63,038 bases of DNA, filler included, from Asterionella formosa (GCA_002256025.1; 4 parts of 4 records of this genome joined end to end with filler, not necessarily neighbours in it); one strand, 5' to 3'; shown: positions 1-13,821, counted from the first letter of the whole stretch. The notes: generated from the sequence alone by a model not told the origin. A program made the numbers and translations.

Positions 1-10
1 AGTCCTAAAG

Positions 11-56
11 TTTCATACTTACCGAGTTACTAAATTTCATACTTACCGAGTTACTA
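11..56. repeat. 22-bp direct repeat (TTTCATACTTACCGAGTTACTA x2)
   Basis: Identical copies at 11-32 and 35-56. Confidence 0.8.
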
Positions 57-2588
57 TTAAGGTATGAGAATCGGGTATTTCAATATGGTGTTCAGTGTCT
101 TGAGGAACAAAGAGAATGCCTTCTGATCGAGATTGATATGGAGAAACATGTTTCCAAGATTTGTTTGGCACTGGATAGGAACCAAGTTGTGCAAGTGCTG
201 GCACTGATTTTAGCGGAGCAAGCTATCATGCCTTGGTTGCTACACTGTGAGAACCGGGTCAAAGAAAAAATTTCATGTGCTACTACAGTGTGGTATTCTA
301 CGGGATGGTGATGCAGATGGCCTAAAGTGCAGATGGCCTAAACCGCATTTTGCTATAAACTGGCGATGTCAGAAATTATGCATAGGGAGGTTGCGGGCAC
401 AATTACCAACCCATCACAAATGTCGCTTCCCTCTCTCCCAAGACAAGAAGAGTGTGGAGAAGAAGAACCTGAAGGAATTATGTTAGCGATTTGGATTGTG
501 TGATCTTTACTGTGTTTAGGCCGATGCAGGATCAAAACAATCAGCCAGAATTCCGGATGGAAAATTTGCGGTTAGAGGCGATGTGGTACTAGGAAATGAT
601 TGGGGGTTTTGTGGTTTATCAGGATCTTAAAAAAATAGAAAACCTTACTTATAACGCACTTTCTAAGACCACGGAATTACACGTGAAATTTCATAGCATG
701 GCCTGCCGACAAAGTCTGTGTGCTTCCCTATTAGTTTTGTTTTCGTAGGTGAGTCCCCAACCATCTGTGGCGAAAGGTGATCGTCTCAGACGCAGCATTA
801 CATCTAAGACGCCATTTACGACACTTTTTCGAATTTATATCTAAAGTGATGTTTTGATGTCACTTTTCTAAAGTATTATGTTACTTTTTCAGCGATTTAT
901 TCGGGTCAAACCAAAATTCATGTGTTTATAAACAAAATTGAGTTTACTTATCGAATAATTATGTGATCATACCAGTAATTATGTGTTTTTGCGACAATAT
1001 TTATCGACCAACCAGCGATCGCAACAGTAGTTTATTTTCGAAATTATGCTGCTTAGTGGCCAACAAGCTCCTATGCTGGTTGTACACCATATCATACTAG
1101 GTAAATAATTCTTGGCGTTCGCATCATTTTGCATTGCTTGATCCTGACATTTTAAAACTGAACATACCAAGGAATGTATATGATGTATATGTATATATTC
1201 ATATATTGTGCGACATTCGAATTTTTCAACATGAAATTAAATGCATAACTGCCTGAGCAGCATATAGGTACTGTTAGTATTAGAGTTATTTACCAGGTAC
1301 GGTAGGTTTGTTTCAGTGTCCTATGATGGTAAGCAAGATTTTCTCCTTTCTTGGCAACTTTGCACAATCAAAGTTTGCGTTTTTCTGATGTCACATTCAA
1401 CCTTTAGTTCTTCAAACATTTGTAGACTAAATGGGCCAATAGAAATTCATTGTAAAAGAATTCTAGAAATCATTTTTGTTTTTTCTTAGCTAAATAAATA
1501 TTGTTTCATGATGTCAATCGAGTGGTGCTGCAAAATGAGGGGTCAAGAGTACCAGATTGCTGTTGTTTTGATTTTCAAAATTTTCTTCTCTCAGCTAATC
1601 ATAGCAGCATTCCAGACTCAAACACTCTCATATGATCAAGCTTTTATGATTGTTGTTGTCTTCCTTTTCACCCTTGTCCTCTCATTTATCTTGATTGATG
1701 TCTCACAACATCACATATGTTGATTGCAGCGTTTCGGTAGCCTCGTGGAGGTGAGAGAATCGTACCCGTTGTCCCTCCTCATGTGGCAAAAAAACAGAGA
1801 AAATTCCTAACAACAACTGATGATCAGCAGACTGGATATCATAGCACAGCTTTGTCCACCAGAATATCACCTAGTTGTCCATGTTCATACCTCTTTTTGT
1901 GGGAGCAGCGATAACAATGATATGAGTAATTGGTTGACTTGAAATAATTCTGGAATAATGGAATTCAAGAAACATGCTTAAAGTTGGAAACATTGCCAAC
2001 CAAAGGGTTTCGAGCAATGCTACAATCAACAGATTAGTAGTGACAAGGGAAGCAACAAACAGGTAATTCTATGGACAGATGTAGCAATTGAGGAGTAGAA
2101 AATTGCAATTGTCAGATTTATTGTTGGGCGATCAATATTTGGAATACCATAGAATGCAAATTGGCTAGCAAACAGACTGCAGATCTATCAGATTGGCAAA
2201 GTGCCCCAAAAAATATTATAGTTTCTGATCATGAATCCATATCGTTTGTTATCATTGAACCTGTTTGTTAGGTAACTGACACAACAAAAAGCACCACCAT
2301 TGTCAATCTGCTGATTGATTTGACATTGCTACTAGTGTTTTCTCTGCTTTATTGTGCTCCAAGTGGTATCACAATGGCATTTTTTTCCAAAGTAAGCAAG
2401 GAGGAACATAAAGTACTATAGGCATTTGTTGACAAGCTCCATTAAAATTTTGTTGAAACCCAAAAAAGAAGTTTTACCCATCAGAAAAGAAGGCTAAAAC
2501 AACCCTCCTTTTACAAATGTTTGACTGTGGCGAAGGTTGCATGTGGCCCATTTCTCTTGGGCGGTGGGTGGTGTCTGACTATAGACTC

Positions 2589-2805
2589 CGGTACCTGGTA
2601 CCAGGTACTCGGAGTACCTGGTAACATGGTGCCACTGCTGTGCAGCCAAGTTGCGGTAATTGTGCAGAACATAATTATTTAGCTATCTTTATCCTATATC
2701 AAATTGTTTATTTAAGCAAAATGGCTGACCGCAACTTGCAAAGGTACCATGGTACCTACCTGCCTGGTACCTGGTACCATACTCGTACCAGGTAAGTTAC
2801 CTGGT
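2589..2805. repeat. GGTACC/CCTGGTA-TACCAGG palindromic repeat cluster upstream of the OTU gene
   Basis: Multiple GGTACCTGGTACCAGGTAC-type units flank the MITE at 2647-2738. Confidence 0.8.
2647..2738 (+). mobile_element. ~90-bp MITE, copy 1
   Basis: Ends CAAGTTGCGGT...ACCGCAACTTG are inverted repeats. The interior (atttagct..cttt.atcc...taagcaaaatg) matches 25145-25243 and, reverse-complemented, 59623-59712. Confidence 0.75.
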
Positions 2806-3161
2806 CCTAGCGGCAGGCTAACAATTGTTCCATCTAGCTACATACGACTGTATTCTAGAAACGACGACAGTTTGCCTTCTTCTTCCTCCTCAAAGTTCAT
2901 TGCATATGTTCCCCTCGTCCTCGAGTTTTGTCCCCTCACACGACCGCTGCACAACGACATTAGCCATACTTGTATTGTACTATATCTTTGCCAGAGAAAG
3001 CGGCTTTTGAAACTGCAACGAAAGAACGAACGAACGAGCGAACGAACGGACGGAAGCCACGAATACATCAGCCCCTTTCTGCTCGAATAGCATTCACAAA
3101 TTACATCAGTCTGGCAATCAAATAGTTGATTGCGTTGTATTTCTAAATCGCATCAGTTGTT

Positions 3162-4625
3162 ATGCGTGTGCTATTGTCATTACTTGGAGGAAATCAACGA
3201 GAAGAAGACGAAGACTACGTTGCGTTCCTTCCTTTACACGAAAATTGTCAAGAGCCCCTCGACGAAGGTCACAAGCGCAAGGCTACCGATAGTCAAGAAG
3301 AAACGGAAGTCGCATCGTTACCAGAAACGGAGATAGACACCAAAAGACCGCGATATTGCACTGAGTTACAAACGCACCCAGAAGCAATCGCTTCTTGCGC
3401 TTCGGGCGACGAAGAGGACTGTAAACCGCCAGCGAAACCAACTGACAGAAAACCTGCTCCTGATTCAAAACCACCTGCGCAGCTCAAGATGGGATGTATC
3501 GAAGAATATCGAGAGTTAAAGGATGAGGATGAAGATCCGGCTCATTGTTCAAACATTACGATAAAGTCGGTTCATTCTATACTTCCACAATCAACGGAAG
3601 AAAATCAGGGTTCCGGCAGCGATGCCACAGCCACTACAAGTATCTTGGCTCAACAACTTAAATCTCGTGGCCTGGAAATCTGTCCTCAGAAAGGAGATGG
3701 TAATTGCTTCTTCCGAGCCGTGAGTCTCCAGGTATATGGGGATGCCACAATGCACCCCGAAGTCCGTCAGAGCTGTTGTGATTTCATGGCCAAGGATGAA
3801 GCTCACTTTTCACAATTTATTGACGATGAAGTTTTTGCTGATTATGTAGAGCGCAAGCGCAAAGACGGAGTCCATGGGAACAACCCAGAGATTCAAGCGA
3901 TTTCTGAATTGTTCAGTCGACCAGTCGAAGTTTACACGGAGGAATCTGGTGGTGCATTCCCTATCAACATTTTTCAATCAGATTACAAGGATCAGTTTCC
4001 AATTCGATTGTCATATCATGATGGTAATCACTACAATGCTATCATTGATCCACTCGTACCGACGGCAGGACTGGGACTAGGCATGCCTGGATTAAAACCT
4101 GGCCTTGCCGACCAACTGCAACTATCTAATGCGGTTATTCGGTCGGACGAAGATGAAGACGTGGAACGGGCCTTGAAGGAGTCGCGTCAATCAGCGGCGT
4201 CACAGCAATGTGACGATTTGCAACGGGCCTTGAAAGAATCAGTTCTCTCGGACAACCGACTCGATACTGTCATTTTCAAGTCGGATGTTGACATAACGAA
4301 CTTTGAGCTCGAGCAAGCTGTCTTGGAGTCTAGCATTGGCGGCAATGGCAAGATTCCAGCGAGGCCGTTCCTTCCAATGTTGTCGTCTTCCATTCCGACT
4401 GTCGCGTCAATACCGTCTAGTTCCGAGGTTCCATTAGTTGCGTCGCTTCCATCAGGAGATATGGACGAGTGGACGATCACGAGACGAGGTGACGATTATC
4501 CACAAATAGTCCAGGAGTTGGTCATGAATGGATTTGACGTGAAGGAAGTGGTGCGTGCTTATGAATTGATTGGAGAGAACTTTGATGATTTGCTTGCCTT
4601 TTTGGTGAGCAACCGAAGTTCGTAG
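3162..4625 (+). CDS. OTU-domain deubiquitinase (OTUD5/OTLD1-like) with UIM-like repeats and a C-terminal UBA-like domain
   Basis: Catalytic motifs GDGNCFFRAVS and LSYHDGNHYN. UIM-like EDVERALKESR, DDLQRALKESV and ELEQAVLESS. UBA-like VQELVMNGF...LLAFL. Intact 487-aa ORF. Confidence 0.92.
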   Translation: MRVLLSLLGGNQREEDEDYVAFLPLHENCQEPLDEGHKRKATDSQEETEVASLPETEIDTKRPRYCTELQTHPEAIASCASGDEEDCKPPAKPTDRKPAPDSKPPAQLKMGCIEEYRELKDEDEDPAHCSNITIKSVHSILPQSTEENQGSGSDATATTSILAQQLKSRGLEICPQKGDGNCFFRAVSLQVYGDATMHPEVRQSCCDFMAKDEAHFSQFIDDEVFADYVERKRKDGVHGNNPEIQAISELFSRPVEVYTEESGGAFPINIFQSDYKDQFPIRLSYHDGNHYNAIIDPLVPTAGLGLGMPGLKPGLADQLQLSNAVIRSDEDEDVERALKESRQSAASQQCDDLQRALKESVLSDNRLDTVIFKSDVDITNFELEQAVLESSIGGNGKIPARPFLPMLSSSIPTVASIPSSSEVPLVASLPSGDMDEWTITRRGDDYPQIVQELVMNGFDVKEVVRAYELIGENFDDLLAFLVSNRSS

Positions 4626-5232
4626 CACGAATGACTGGCCAGGAAGTTGTACTATGTCGTTAGAGCTGTTACATTTAACTATTCATATTGTCATGGCTTG
4701 TATCACAAGCCGAGATCATATATTTTGATGTATTATACAAGTACGACTCAACCATCGCTTTGAATGTCAGGTTTCAAAATAGGAACACATGCATGCTAGA
4801 ACGTGATTGATAGTGATGCAGATCCCACGACAATGATCCGCCGCTGGTACCTTCACATGCGAAAACGGGTCTAACCTTTCTTTCATATACCTTCGAAGAC
4901 TAATTGACCACACGAGACCTGCCAGTAGTAAGTATATGGAGTTTGAGGAAGTTCCAGTGCGTCTGTCATTTACGGGAGGGAGTGATGAATTCAGGGATGC
5001 TTCTTTCTTCGAGCTACCCCGGTACTCTATTAGAGCGAAAATTACGGTACCTGGTAGTGTTCCTGTTGTTCGTAGTTAAATTAACCAACCGATGGTTTGA
5101 ACGTCGTACTTCAATGCTTGCCAAATCACAGTGCTGTGATTCCTCGTTTTGCAACTACAGGTATGATACATTGATTTTATCTCTCATACAAATAATTGCA
5201 ACATACAGTATCCCGGTCGTTACCGGGTATGA

Positions 5233-5290
5233 AACCAGGTACTGGGTACCAGGTACCTGGTACCAGGTAGCTATAGTTGTACTGGTACTC
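5233..5290. repeat. GGTACC palindromic repeat cluster
   Basis: accaggtactgggtaccaggtacctggtaccaggtag. Confidence 0.75.
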
Positions 5291-7189
5291 AACCAATCAT
5301 TACTTTTTGGTGGTGTTTGAATCGAGTTATTCAATTCTTTGTCCAGTGTATATAAATATTGATATTCCTCTATTTTCCAAGCCTTCGGGCACTCGATCCT
5401 GCGACGGATCAAAGAGATGAATCAATCGAGGTACGAATTGTTCAATTATTCCTTGTTTGTTATCAGCTCGTTCATCAGCCGCATCCCACATGTTTGCACG
5501 TATTGTCATTCACATGCCTGATTCACTGTAGGTGTGATTTCTTTTTTGCAGTTTCTACATTTATTGTTGGGTGCACAGAAGAGTGGAAAAATGGGGAGAG
5601 TGTATGAGACTTAACTTCATCTTTGGCGTTTTTTCATGCTGATGTCTGTTCCCATCTAGCTTTTAAAACCTATATTATTTGCAGGCCTGTCACCAGTGGC
5701 TTTTTGGGGAGACTTTTCCCCCCAGATACATGTAGTATAAAAAAGAATTCAATTTTGTACCATCATTGGATTTGCGTTGCCAGGAAATGCATGATTATGT
5801 ACATACATACACTGTACTAGCTACACACATAAGTATATATAAAGATTATTGAGTAGATTTTATAGCACACTATTGTTTAAAGAACTCAATGTTGTGGAGG
5901 TTGTGAAGTGCACCCCCCCCCCCTGAGGGCCTTAGACCTGCTTGCTTTCTGCCATACATCCCAGAACCCTAGTGAGGAAATAAACAAAGCAGGTGGAGAA
6001 TAAGAGAATAAAACCCGCCATTGCTTTTGAACTACTAGCTTAAAGTCAACAACAATGCATTGCCATGAAACGATTATAACTATACCATGTCAAGTGAAGA
6101 AAAGAAAATTCCAAAATGATATCTTTTGGTTTTAATGACCCTATGAAGGACTGGCTTAGTTGCTTTATTTCTAATAGGAAACCCAGTAATAGTAACAGCA
6201 ATGGTGATTTGAAAAAGAGATCATTGGAACCAAGATTGTAGAGGGCAACAACAACATCAGTATTGATCGCATTTACCCAAGCATTACAATGTACTAGTAC
6301 AAATTATTTAAGGAGTTTAAATAGATTATAAATATGCTATGCACTCTCTTGCACATAGAAAGTATCATATTTATAAATTCACAGGTGTAGTGCAAAAATT
6401 GACCAAAAAATTTCGCCACATGATACTTAATCCATTACAAGTATGATAAATGCATACTAAGAGTAAACGATCATGTCGAGCATACAAACAATACACAACA
6501 TACCATATAATTATCGAAACAATATCATATGATGTACATTCTTTCATCATATGTCTATCTTAACATGATCATAATTCTAATCAAAGTGACTCTTCAAAAT
6601 ATGGTGAAATAGACTGTAATATTAATACTATATTTAGATATGATTATTATCTTTCAACCTGCTAGCCACCTTTTCGCCATTCTTACATTATGATACCATG
6701 ACTTTTGCTTTTTCTTTGATTCCTGCAGCATAATTTCAACGCCTCTGGTTGACTGAGCCTTCCCCTTACTTCTCACACTTGTTCTCGTCGTGTTGATTGC
6801 AGACAAGCAAACCTACTGTTCTCAAGACTGTTACTCAACTTCGAAAGGAATTCTTCGCCAATCACACTTCTACCTTGTTCTGCTTTCCCCTCATATCACT
6901 GTTTGCTCATGTGCTTTCTTATGATTGTCTTACTTCGGTTTTACTTTGTCTTTGCTTGCCCGTTTTCTATTTTCTATAGGTCTTACCAAAACGAGATGCT
7001 GATGTAATGAATGTCAAATGATTGAGCGATTGCTGATTGTTGTAGTGTGACGGTAAACATTACATAAATACATTTATCTTTATATTTATACTTACAATGT
7101 TCTCTATGACAATAATTATTATACATATTAAATGATATATTGAAATTATATGATCACAAGATGCATCACATGAATAACATGTTTTCTAT

Positions 7190-8481
7190 TTGCAGACGCA
7201 GGTCACCAATCACATGTCGTACAGGACTTCAACTTGCAAACCCACTTAGTATTTCTGGGAATCCCATTTTGGAATCAGTTGAACAATCGAGAAGGAGATA
7301 TTGCATTTCATTCAGAGACCAAGATGGATTGGAAGACACAAGGGACTGGGAATGGGTTACTGGAGGGGCTTCATGAAAAGGAATGGTCACAAAGTCATGG
7401 CAAAGAAGGGAGTGAACATATTTTGCAAGTGGGCCAACTGGTGTATATATCCAGACTTCGAGCTGTTGTATAATAACGAGACATGCGAGGAATTGGAGAA
7501 GAGTTAGACGAGGAGGTGTGGCTCAATAAAGAAGGTAACACAGTCGCATCTGAAGAAGAGTCCTATAGAATGAAGTAAAATTACATGTTGACAAAGCATG
7601 GAATCACCCTACCAACCATGATGTGCTACTGCTCGGAATCTGGCTCAATCACAGCGGAACTATTAGCTAGTTGCAATGCTCCAACAAACTGACTTATCTA
7701 GTGTGTTTGACCGGAGTGATGATGCTAAATTTTCCTTATTCTTGATGGCCATGGGAGTCACTTCGACCTTACATTCTTGGAGTGGTACATCAGTTCCCCA
7801 ATCAACCCTTGTTGGAATGTTTGCATTGGCATCCCCTATGGCTGGAACAAGCAAGATAATGGCAGGTCGGCAACAGTACCAAACAAAACAGATGCTTCAA
7901 AATATTTTTGACACATGCAAAGAGGGATTTACTTACCAAGAAAACTCTTTACAATTTGTCTTCTGCAATTGAAAGACAGATGTTGTTGGAGTTGTTTTGC
8001 ATGCATGGGAGCGACCAGAGTTTTGCAAACAGCCAAGATGCGAACAATTAAAAAAGCGATTTTGGATTGGGGCTGGGGGCTACTAAATTGCAATGCACTG
8101 CTTTATCCAGAAATACAGATGACCTAAAATGGTGGAGGCATATAAACAAATGAAGCAAACCATAGCACCATGACGCCTGCTGAGCTCAATCTGAGAGAAT
8201 GGATTTCCGGAACATTGACCAACAAAATTGTGGAGTTTATCAAGAGAGAAGATGTAAGAAATGGAACAAATGCAAATTATAATGCAAAGAAAAGGAGGAA
8301 AACAGCACAAGCCACAATTGACCAGCACAAAGCGATGACTGCAGGTCTGCATTTCGCTGTTTGGAATACAAGTTTGGGACCAACTTTAATGAAGGTAAGA
8401 GACAACCGAGAGTGGGTGCCACTCATTTGGTCAACCTACTCACGCCTCCCTCCCAAGTCGAGTGCACAAGATTATGAGTAG
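7190..8481 (+). pseudogene. Decayed pogo/Fot1-type (DDE_1, CENP-B-like) transposase
   Basis: Frameshifted fragments GMGYWRGFMKRN (CENP-B HTH region), LDGHGSHFDLTFLEW (~7742-7786; DGHxSH catalytic motif) and VCIGIPYG..WQVG (~7820-7870). Many stops. Confidence 0.75.
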
Positions 8482-8595
8482 GCAGTCTCCTCCTGAGTAT
8501 TTATCGGCACGCTTTCTTTGTCACTACATTGCCCTTCTTTCTGTTAACATTGAAAACCTATTTTAGATAGTTTGTATGATGGATGCAAACTAGCC

Positions 8596-8720
8596 AATTG
8601 CCCTTCATATAAAACATATATTGGATATTTCATATGTTCAGTTTTTGGATTACTCGATCCTGCAACTGCCCTTCATATAAAACATATTTTGTACATTTCA
8701 TATGCTCCGTTTTTGGACAG
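8596..8720. repeat. Tandem duplication, ~69-bp period
   Basis: aa(t/c)tgcccttcatataaaacatat...atttcatatg.tc.gtttttgga occurs twice. Confidence 0.75.
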
Positions 8721-8764
8721 CCAAACTACCTTCAATATTTTCAAGAGCCCCTAGATTTGCCTGC

Positions 8765-10645
8765 CAAAATGGACTGCCGTTCATTTAAGGGAAATGGAGT
8801 TCTGACATCTATTGCCCCCCTATGGACTGCCGTTTACTTAAGGAAAATGGACTGCCAAAATTGTAAGGGAGTAAGATGAGCCATGTGAAAATACGAAGTG
8901 ATGGTTTTCTGTAAAGTGTTAATGGCAATTCCTCTTTACCATGCTCCTCCTCATCAACCATGTCAAGCCTCACAAAAACTCTGTTTATTGATGACTCAAA
9001 TATCGACTCATCATCTAATGAATCTCGCTGGTTGTTGCATGATTCGACTTCTGGTGACACTTGCTTCATCATGGTGGTGCCAAATTTTCGGTATTTTCGT
9101 CAGATCATAGTATGACCAGCCGTTAAATTTTAACTATAATTCTTTGATATGTTTTCTACATGTCCTACACTATCTCAAATCAGATCTCGGCAGCAAGTTT
9201 TAGTGCTCACTTGTTGGCTTTTTCTGCTGCTCTAAAATAGCATTGTTTCTGTAGGTTATCTAATCACAATTTTTTTTATTACTTCATTATTGTAGATCGA
9301 AATGACAATGACAATGACAACACGAACCAGAAGCCACTTCTGGTACCCTAAAAGAGCTATAAGCTTGAGGTGAGACACACCACCCAAGGGGACAAAAAAA
9401 ATCAAACTGCGCCTGTTGTCTTGATTGGTTTTCATTATGAGTTGTTCTGTTGATTTTTGTTTGGTCGCTTCCATGTGATTCACGTTCATGCCAAAATTCT
9501 AATTCTATTGTTGTCCACATTGAAAACCTCGACAATGGCGTAATTTTCTCACATTTCAATTATCCAAGGAGCCAGCATCACATTTGTTCCTTCCAGCCGC
9601 AGCTGCAATCTTTCTATTGCCTCAGATTGATTTCCAAGCTGTGGTACATTCTGTTGATTGCTGCGTTTGTTTGCTTCCATTCGCCCTCTCTGAAACTCAA
9701 TACCATCTTTAATTTGCTCCTGTACATTGTTAAACAGAAGCGCACTATCGGATTTGCTCGTCCAGTCAAAGCAGCTACTGAATGATTTCCAAACCAGCAT
9801 TTGCATCATTATCATCGAAATTATTCATGTCAGCAAGGACTTGCAATCCAATGTACCATACTCCAATGCCATACCACACCCAACGCAATTGACGATGCAG
9901 GTTGATTGTCATGTCAGCTTTTCTTTTTGGATTGAACCCTACAGTTGAAGTCACTCTGTCACTGCATACCAGAACATTTTCGATCATGATATTGATCGTG
10001 ATTGGGCTTTTCTTGAAATTCCAGCAATCCAGTTCATCTTCCTCCTCTTCCTAAAATATGCTAACACCACACTACACCAAGAATGCCATCGAAGTTTACA
10101 ATCAATCACGTGGATGCTCCTCCACAACCCCCACGCACACCAAGTCACAGTTCCTCCAGCACCATATCCTCCTGATTCCATTAATTCATCAGTTGCTGCT
10201 CCTCCAGGCCCGATTTGAACATTTCAGAAATTACGTTTCAACAAAAACAAAAAAGTGTAAGTTGACAATTGTAAAGGAACATGCGTTGACAATTTTTCAC
10301 ACGAATTTTCCACTAACCCATTTCTTTTTCACTATTTATTCTATTCCGTGCTCGTCATTGTCGCTTCTTGCCCTTCTTTTTCTGTTTCATGCTTTGGTTG
10401 CTTAACAACATCTTGTCGAATTTTTCGACGTTTGGTTATTTTACAATCATTCCTGTGTGATCATTTTTCGTTAATGTTCGTTTTCCGTGCATTTTTGATG
10501 TGGCTGATGGATATCATACTACCGGTATCGATTTCTAAACTTTCCCATGAAAATTCTACGATACTCCTGACGTTGCTCGATGGTCCCTGCTCAAACCTAA
10601 AATTGGACTGCCGAAAAATCCATCGTGCCCCTATATTGCCCTAAA
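8765..10645. mobile_element. Possible decayed DNA-transposon segment with a repeated AAAATGGACTGCC motif
   Basis: ATGGACTGCC occurs three times at 8765-8856 and a TTGGACTGCC variant at ~10603. Between them are broken, coding-like minus-strand ORFs. Family not recognised. Confidence 0.3.
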
Positions 10646-10808
10646 TAAAAATTACTTCGAGATACAAAAAATTACTAGACTCCCACAGTTCTCATCAAAA
10701 AGCAAGACGATACCGGTAGCTATGTAGGGTGGGGATTGCTTTCACACATGCGGGAGCCTCATCGGAGGAGATACCGTACATAGCAAATTGTTGGGAACCT
10801 GAACCAAC

Positions 10809-10940
10809 CGGGTACCTGTTACCAGGTACCTGGTATCAGGGAGTACCAGGCCCCCGGTAAAAGGTAATATAATTTTGGTCCATAAAGTACCTTGTACGGA
10901 GTACCGGGTACTACGAACGTACCAGGGTACCTGGTACCAT
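10809..10940. repeat. GGTACC palindromic repeat cluster upstream of the KH gene
   Basis: gggtacctgttaccaggtacctggtatc ... gtaccagggtacctggtacc. Confidence 0.75.
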
Positions 10941-11112
10941 CAGACCAAAACACAGCCTGTTAAAAAATTATTAGTTTATTACTACGTATTGTCGCATCTT
11001 CCTCAAGCAACAAAACAGAACGGAAATCAATACAACAACAACTGTTCCAATCCGTACTCCATCCCCTCCCTCCCTTCCACATCGCGTTCCATCCTCGCCA
11101 GCCTCGTTAAGC

Positions 11113-13118
11113 ATGTCTATATCCCCCGAAGACGCCGTAGCGCGCGCCAAGGCCATTGCGGCAAAACTGAGTGGCGGAGCGCCGTCCACGGAATCGTTGG
11201 ATGGCGCCATTGATGCGTCCGCCATTGCCATGGCGGCTCAAGCAGCACTTGACAGCGCTCTCGGCGGAAAGCGCAAGAGGTGGGGCGTGTCCGGAGAAGA
11301 TGAAGACGCAGCCGCTGCTTCGAAAAAGCCAAAAGAGGCAGCTCACTCCAAGCGCATTTGGGTTTCCACGGTGACCAAGCCTCCCTCGCATTTTGCTGCC
11401 TACTTCGCCACCTACCCGATGGACCTGGACGACATTCGAGCTCAGGCTCCCGGGGTGTCCGTGGAACTCAAAGGAAGAGGCAGTCGCTCGTCGACCGTCC
11501 TTGCGGGCATGCCAGAGGAGCCCATGCACATCATGGTCGAGGGGGACGACATTGAAGCTGTCACGCTGGCAGAAGGGCTTGTGGAAGGGCTCGTCGAAAG
11601 GATGACGCAGCACGAACTGCTTCAGGACGAGCGAGACTCCAATGGACAATCCACAGATTTAGCTCTGTTGGGACAGCCTCCATCGATGTTTGAAGAGGAA
11701 ATCGGGGTGCCCAACGGGGTGGTTGGCTTTATCATTGGCCGCGGAGGCGAATCGATCACTTCGATGCAAGCCAGAACAGGCTGCAAGGTGCAAATACAAA
11801 AGGAGCACGACATGGCACCGGGGGCGCAGCTGAGAGTTATTACCTTACAGGCAGCTACCAAGGATGCCATTGATCAATGTCGGGATATTATCCAAGGCAT
11901 GGTGCAGGACCGGATCAAGACCACAAATTCGACCAGTACCTTTGGACAAGTTCAAGCTCCAGTACATGTACAAGATTCGAAACTTCAAGAAGCCATACAA
12001 GCTGGACATGTTTTGGTGGAAATCAAAGTGCCAGATACAGATGTTGGACTCATTATTGGCAAGGCAGGCGTCACGATTAGGAGCATCCAGGATCGAACTG
12101 GTGCAAACATACAAATTCCTCAAACTGGCGATGCTGACAATCCTTCGGTGAGAACGGTCAGCATCACACATCCGCATTTCGAAGGTGCGGCACTAGCACA
12201 GCAATTGATTGAAGAATTGTTGTCCACGAAAAAGGAGCATGTGCCCTTTTTGACCATGCAAGTACAGGTGAGTTTTTTTTGTGTACACTATGCATTTCTT
12301 GAAATCTTGATCAATCTCACAAGCCAAAATAGATCCCCGACAAAGACGTTGGCATGTGTATCGGTCGTAGTGGGTGCGTGGTTAGAGTGATGCAGAACAA
12401 GTCAGGATGCAAAATTCAGATTCCTTCGCAATCTACGCCGGGGGCCATCTTTCGGATCGCCACCGTGAATGGACCAAGTACAGGTTGTGAAATGGTGAAG
12501 CAAATGATTGAACGAATTATTCTTGAGCAATCGTCACAATCTGTTATGAGTGGAACTGGGTATGACAATGGCGGTGTTGCTATTGCTGGATACGGTCAGC
12601 AACAGGCGGGTGCTTATGGAGCTGGGGGTTATGGACAGCAGCATCAACAGACAGCGTACGGTCAGCAGGCCTCCTATGGAGGCCAACAGCAATACGCTGA
12701 CAGTGCCGCTGGTGCACAAACAGATTACTCGGCAGAATGGGCAGCCTATTATGCAGCTCAAGCAGCACAGAATGCAGGAGTAGTAGCTGCAGGGCCAACA
12801 ATAGTAGCAGCTCCTGCTCCGGCCAGTGACCAGCAAGCGGCTGATGCCTATTATGAACAGTTCCATCGTTATGCATATTATTACGGTGACGATGCCGCGC
12901 GACAGTACTACGGCGCATGGTCTCCACCTGTTGGGACGCCAAATCCATATGGTATAAATCCAAATGGCATTACTGCGCCTCCTGATACAGCCCCTGCACC
13001 AGCTCCGGCAAGTGCACCAGCTGCAGTCGCCCCTGCTTCTGCAGATGTCAATGTTCGTGATACTGGACGTCGGGGTGTGTCAAATCTTCCAGCTTGGATG
13101 ACAGCGAAGGGAAATTAG
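11113..13118 (+). CDS. Multi-KH RNA-binding protein (FUBP/KHSRP-like); exons 11113-12267 and 12333-13118
   Basis: GxxG KH motifs GFIIGRGG, GLIIGKAG and GMCIGRSG, plus an N-terminal SF1-type KH (VELKGRGS...EEPMHI). The C-terminus has the FUBP-type DYSAEWAAYY motif. The 65-nt intron GTGAG...AATAG (12268-12332) restores QVQ|IPDKDVG. Confidence 0.92.
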
Positions 13119-13821
13119 TGAACTAAATGGAACTGAAGACATCAATATTTATTTATTTGGATGCGGTACGCTTTTCACGGGGTGTGATTTATGTTTGTTT
13201 AACTGCGTGATAATGTTTCTGTTATTGGCGTGTTGCAACATATTGTCGACCCTCACTTAAAAACTTCATTCTAAGTTATATATGTGTTATTGTGTCATTG
13301 ACGAACTAACCAACAAGTGAGACAAAAGCCGTGTGCGCTGCGACGGACCAATTTTGAATCATGGGCTGGGGGCTCATAAAGCAGACGAAACATGGTGTAA
13401 GTGACCAACCAACTGCGTTGTCGTTGCCATTTATCGTTATGATTATATTTTTTGTAGTCATCGCGCACAGAAGGTTATCTTGTATGTTGACTCTATCGTG
13501 TCGAGACCTCTATATGATCTGTGAGGTATCGAATGCTTGATATTGGTTGGGTATTTGCAGGTGGTGCATGTCCTTCCATCCGCTTCATGGGATGTGGATT
13601 GACTCTCGATTTTCAATCAATGAATTTGTAGTACTAGCTATAGTTAAAGAGAATAAAGTGGCAGGCCATGTGACATTCACCACACTATGCATATTTTTAC
13701 CACTGTAGCTACATAATTATTGCACTCGCATTTATTGCCATATTGATGCGATTTAGCTTGATTCCCAGTAGTAATTCCCCATGTGCAAATCGATATGTTC
13801 TCGTGAAGTGTCGCTCTTCTA

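Noticed and set aside
11..56. U1 snRNA 5' end (ATACTTACC)
   Set aside because: It continues GAG rather than TG, is tandemly duplicated, and no U1 stem-loops or Sm site are evident.
57..2560. Genes in the short ORFs of the first 2.5 kb
   Set aside because: No recognisable motifs; probably decayed TE or intergenic DNA that I cannot classify.
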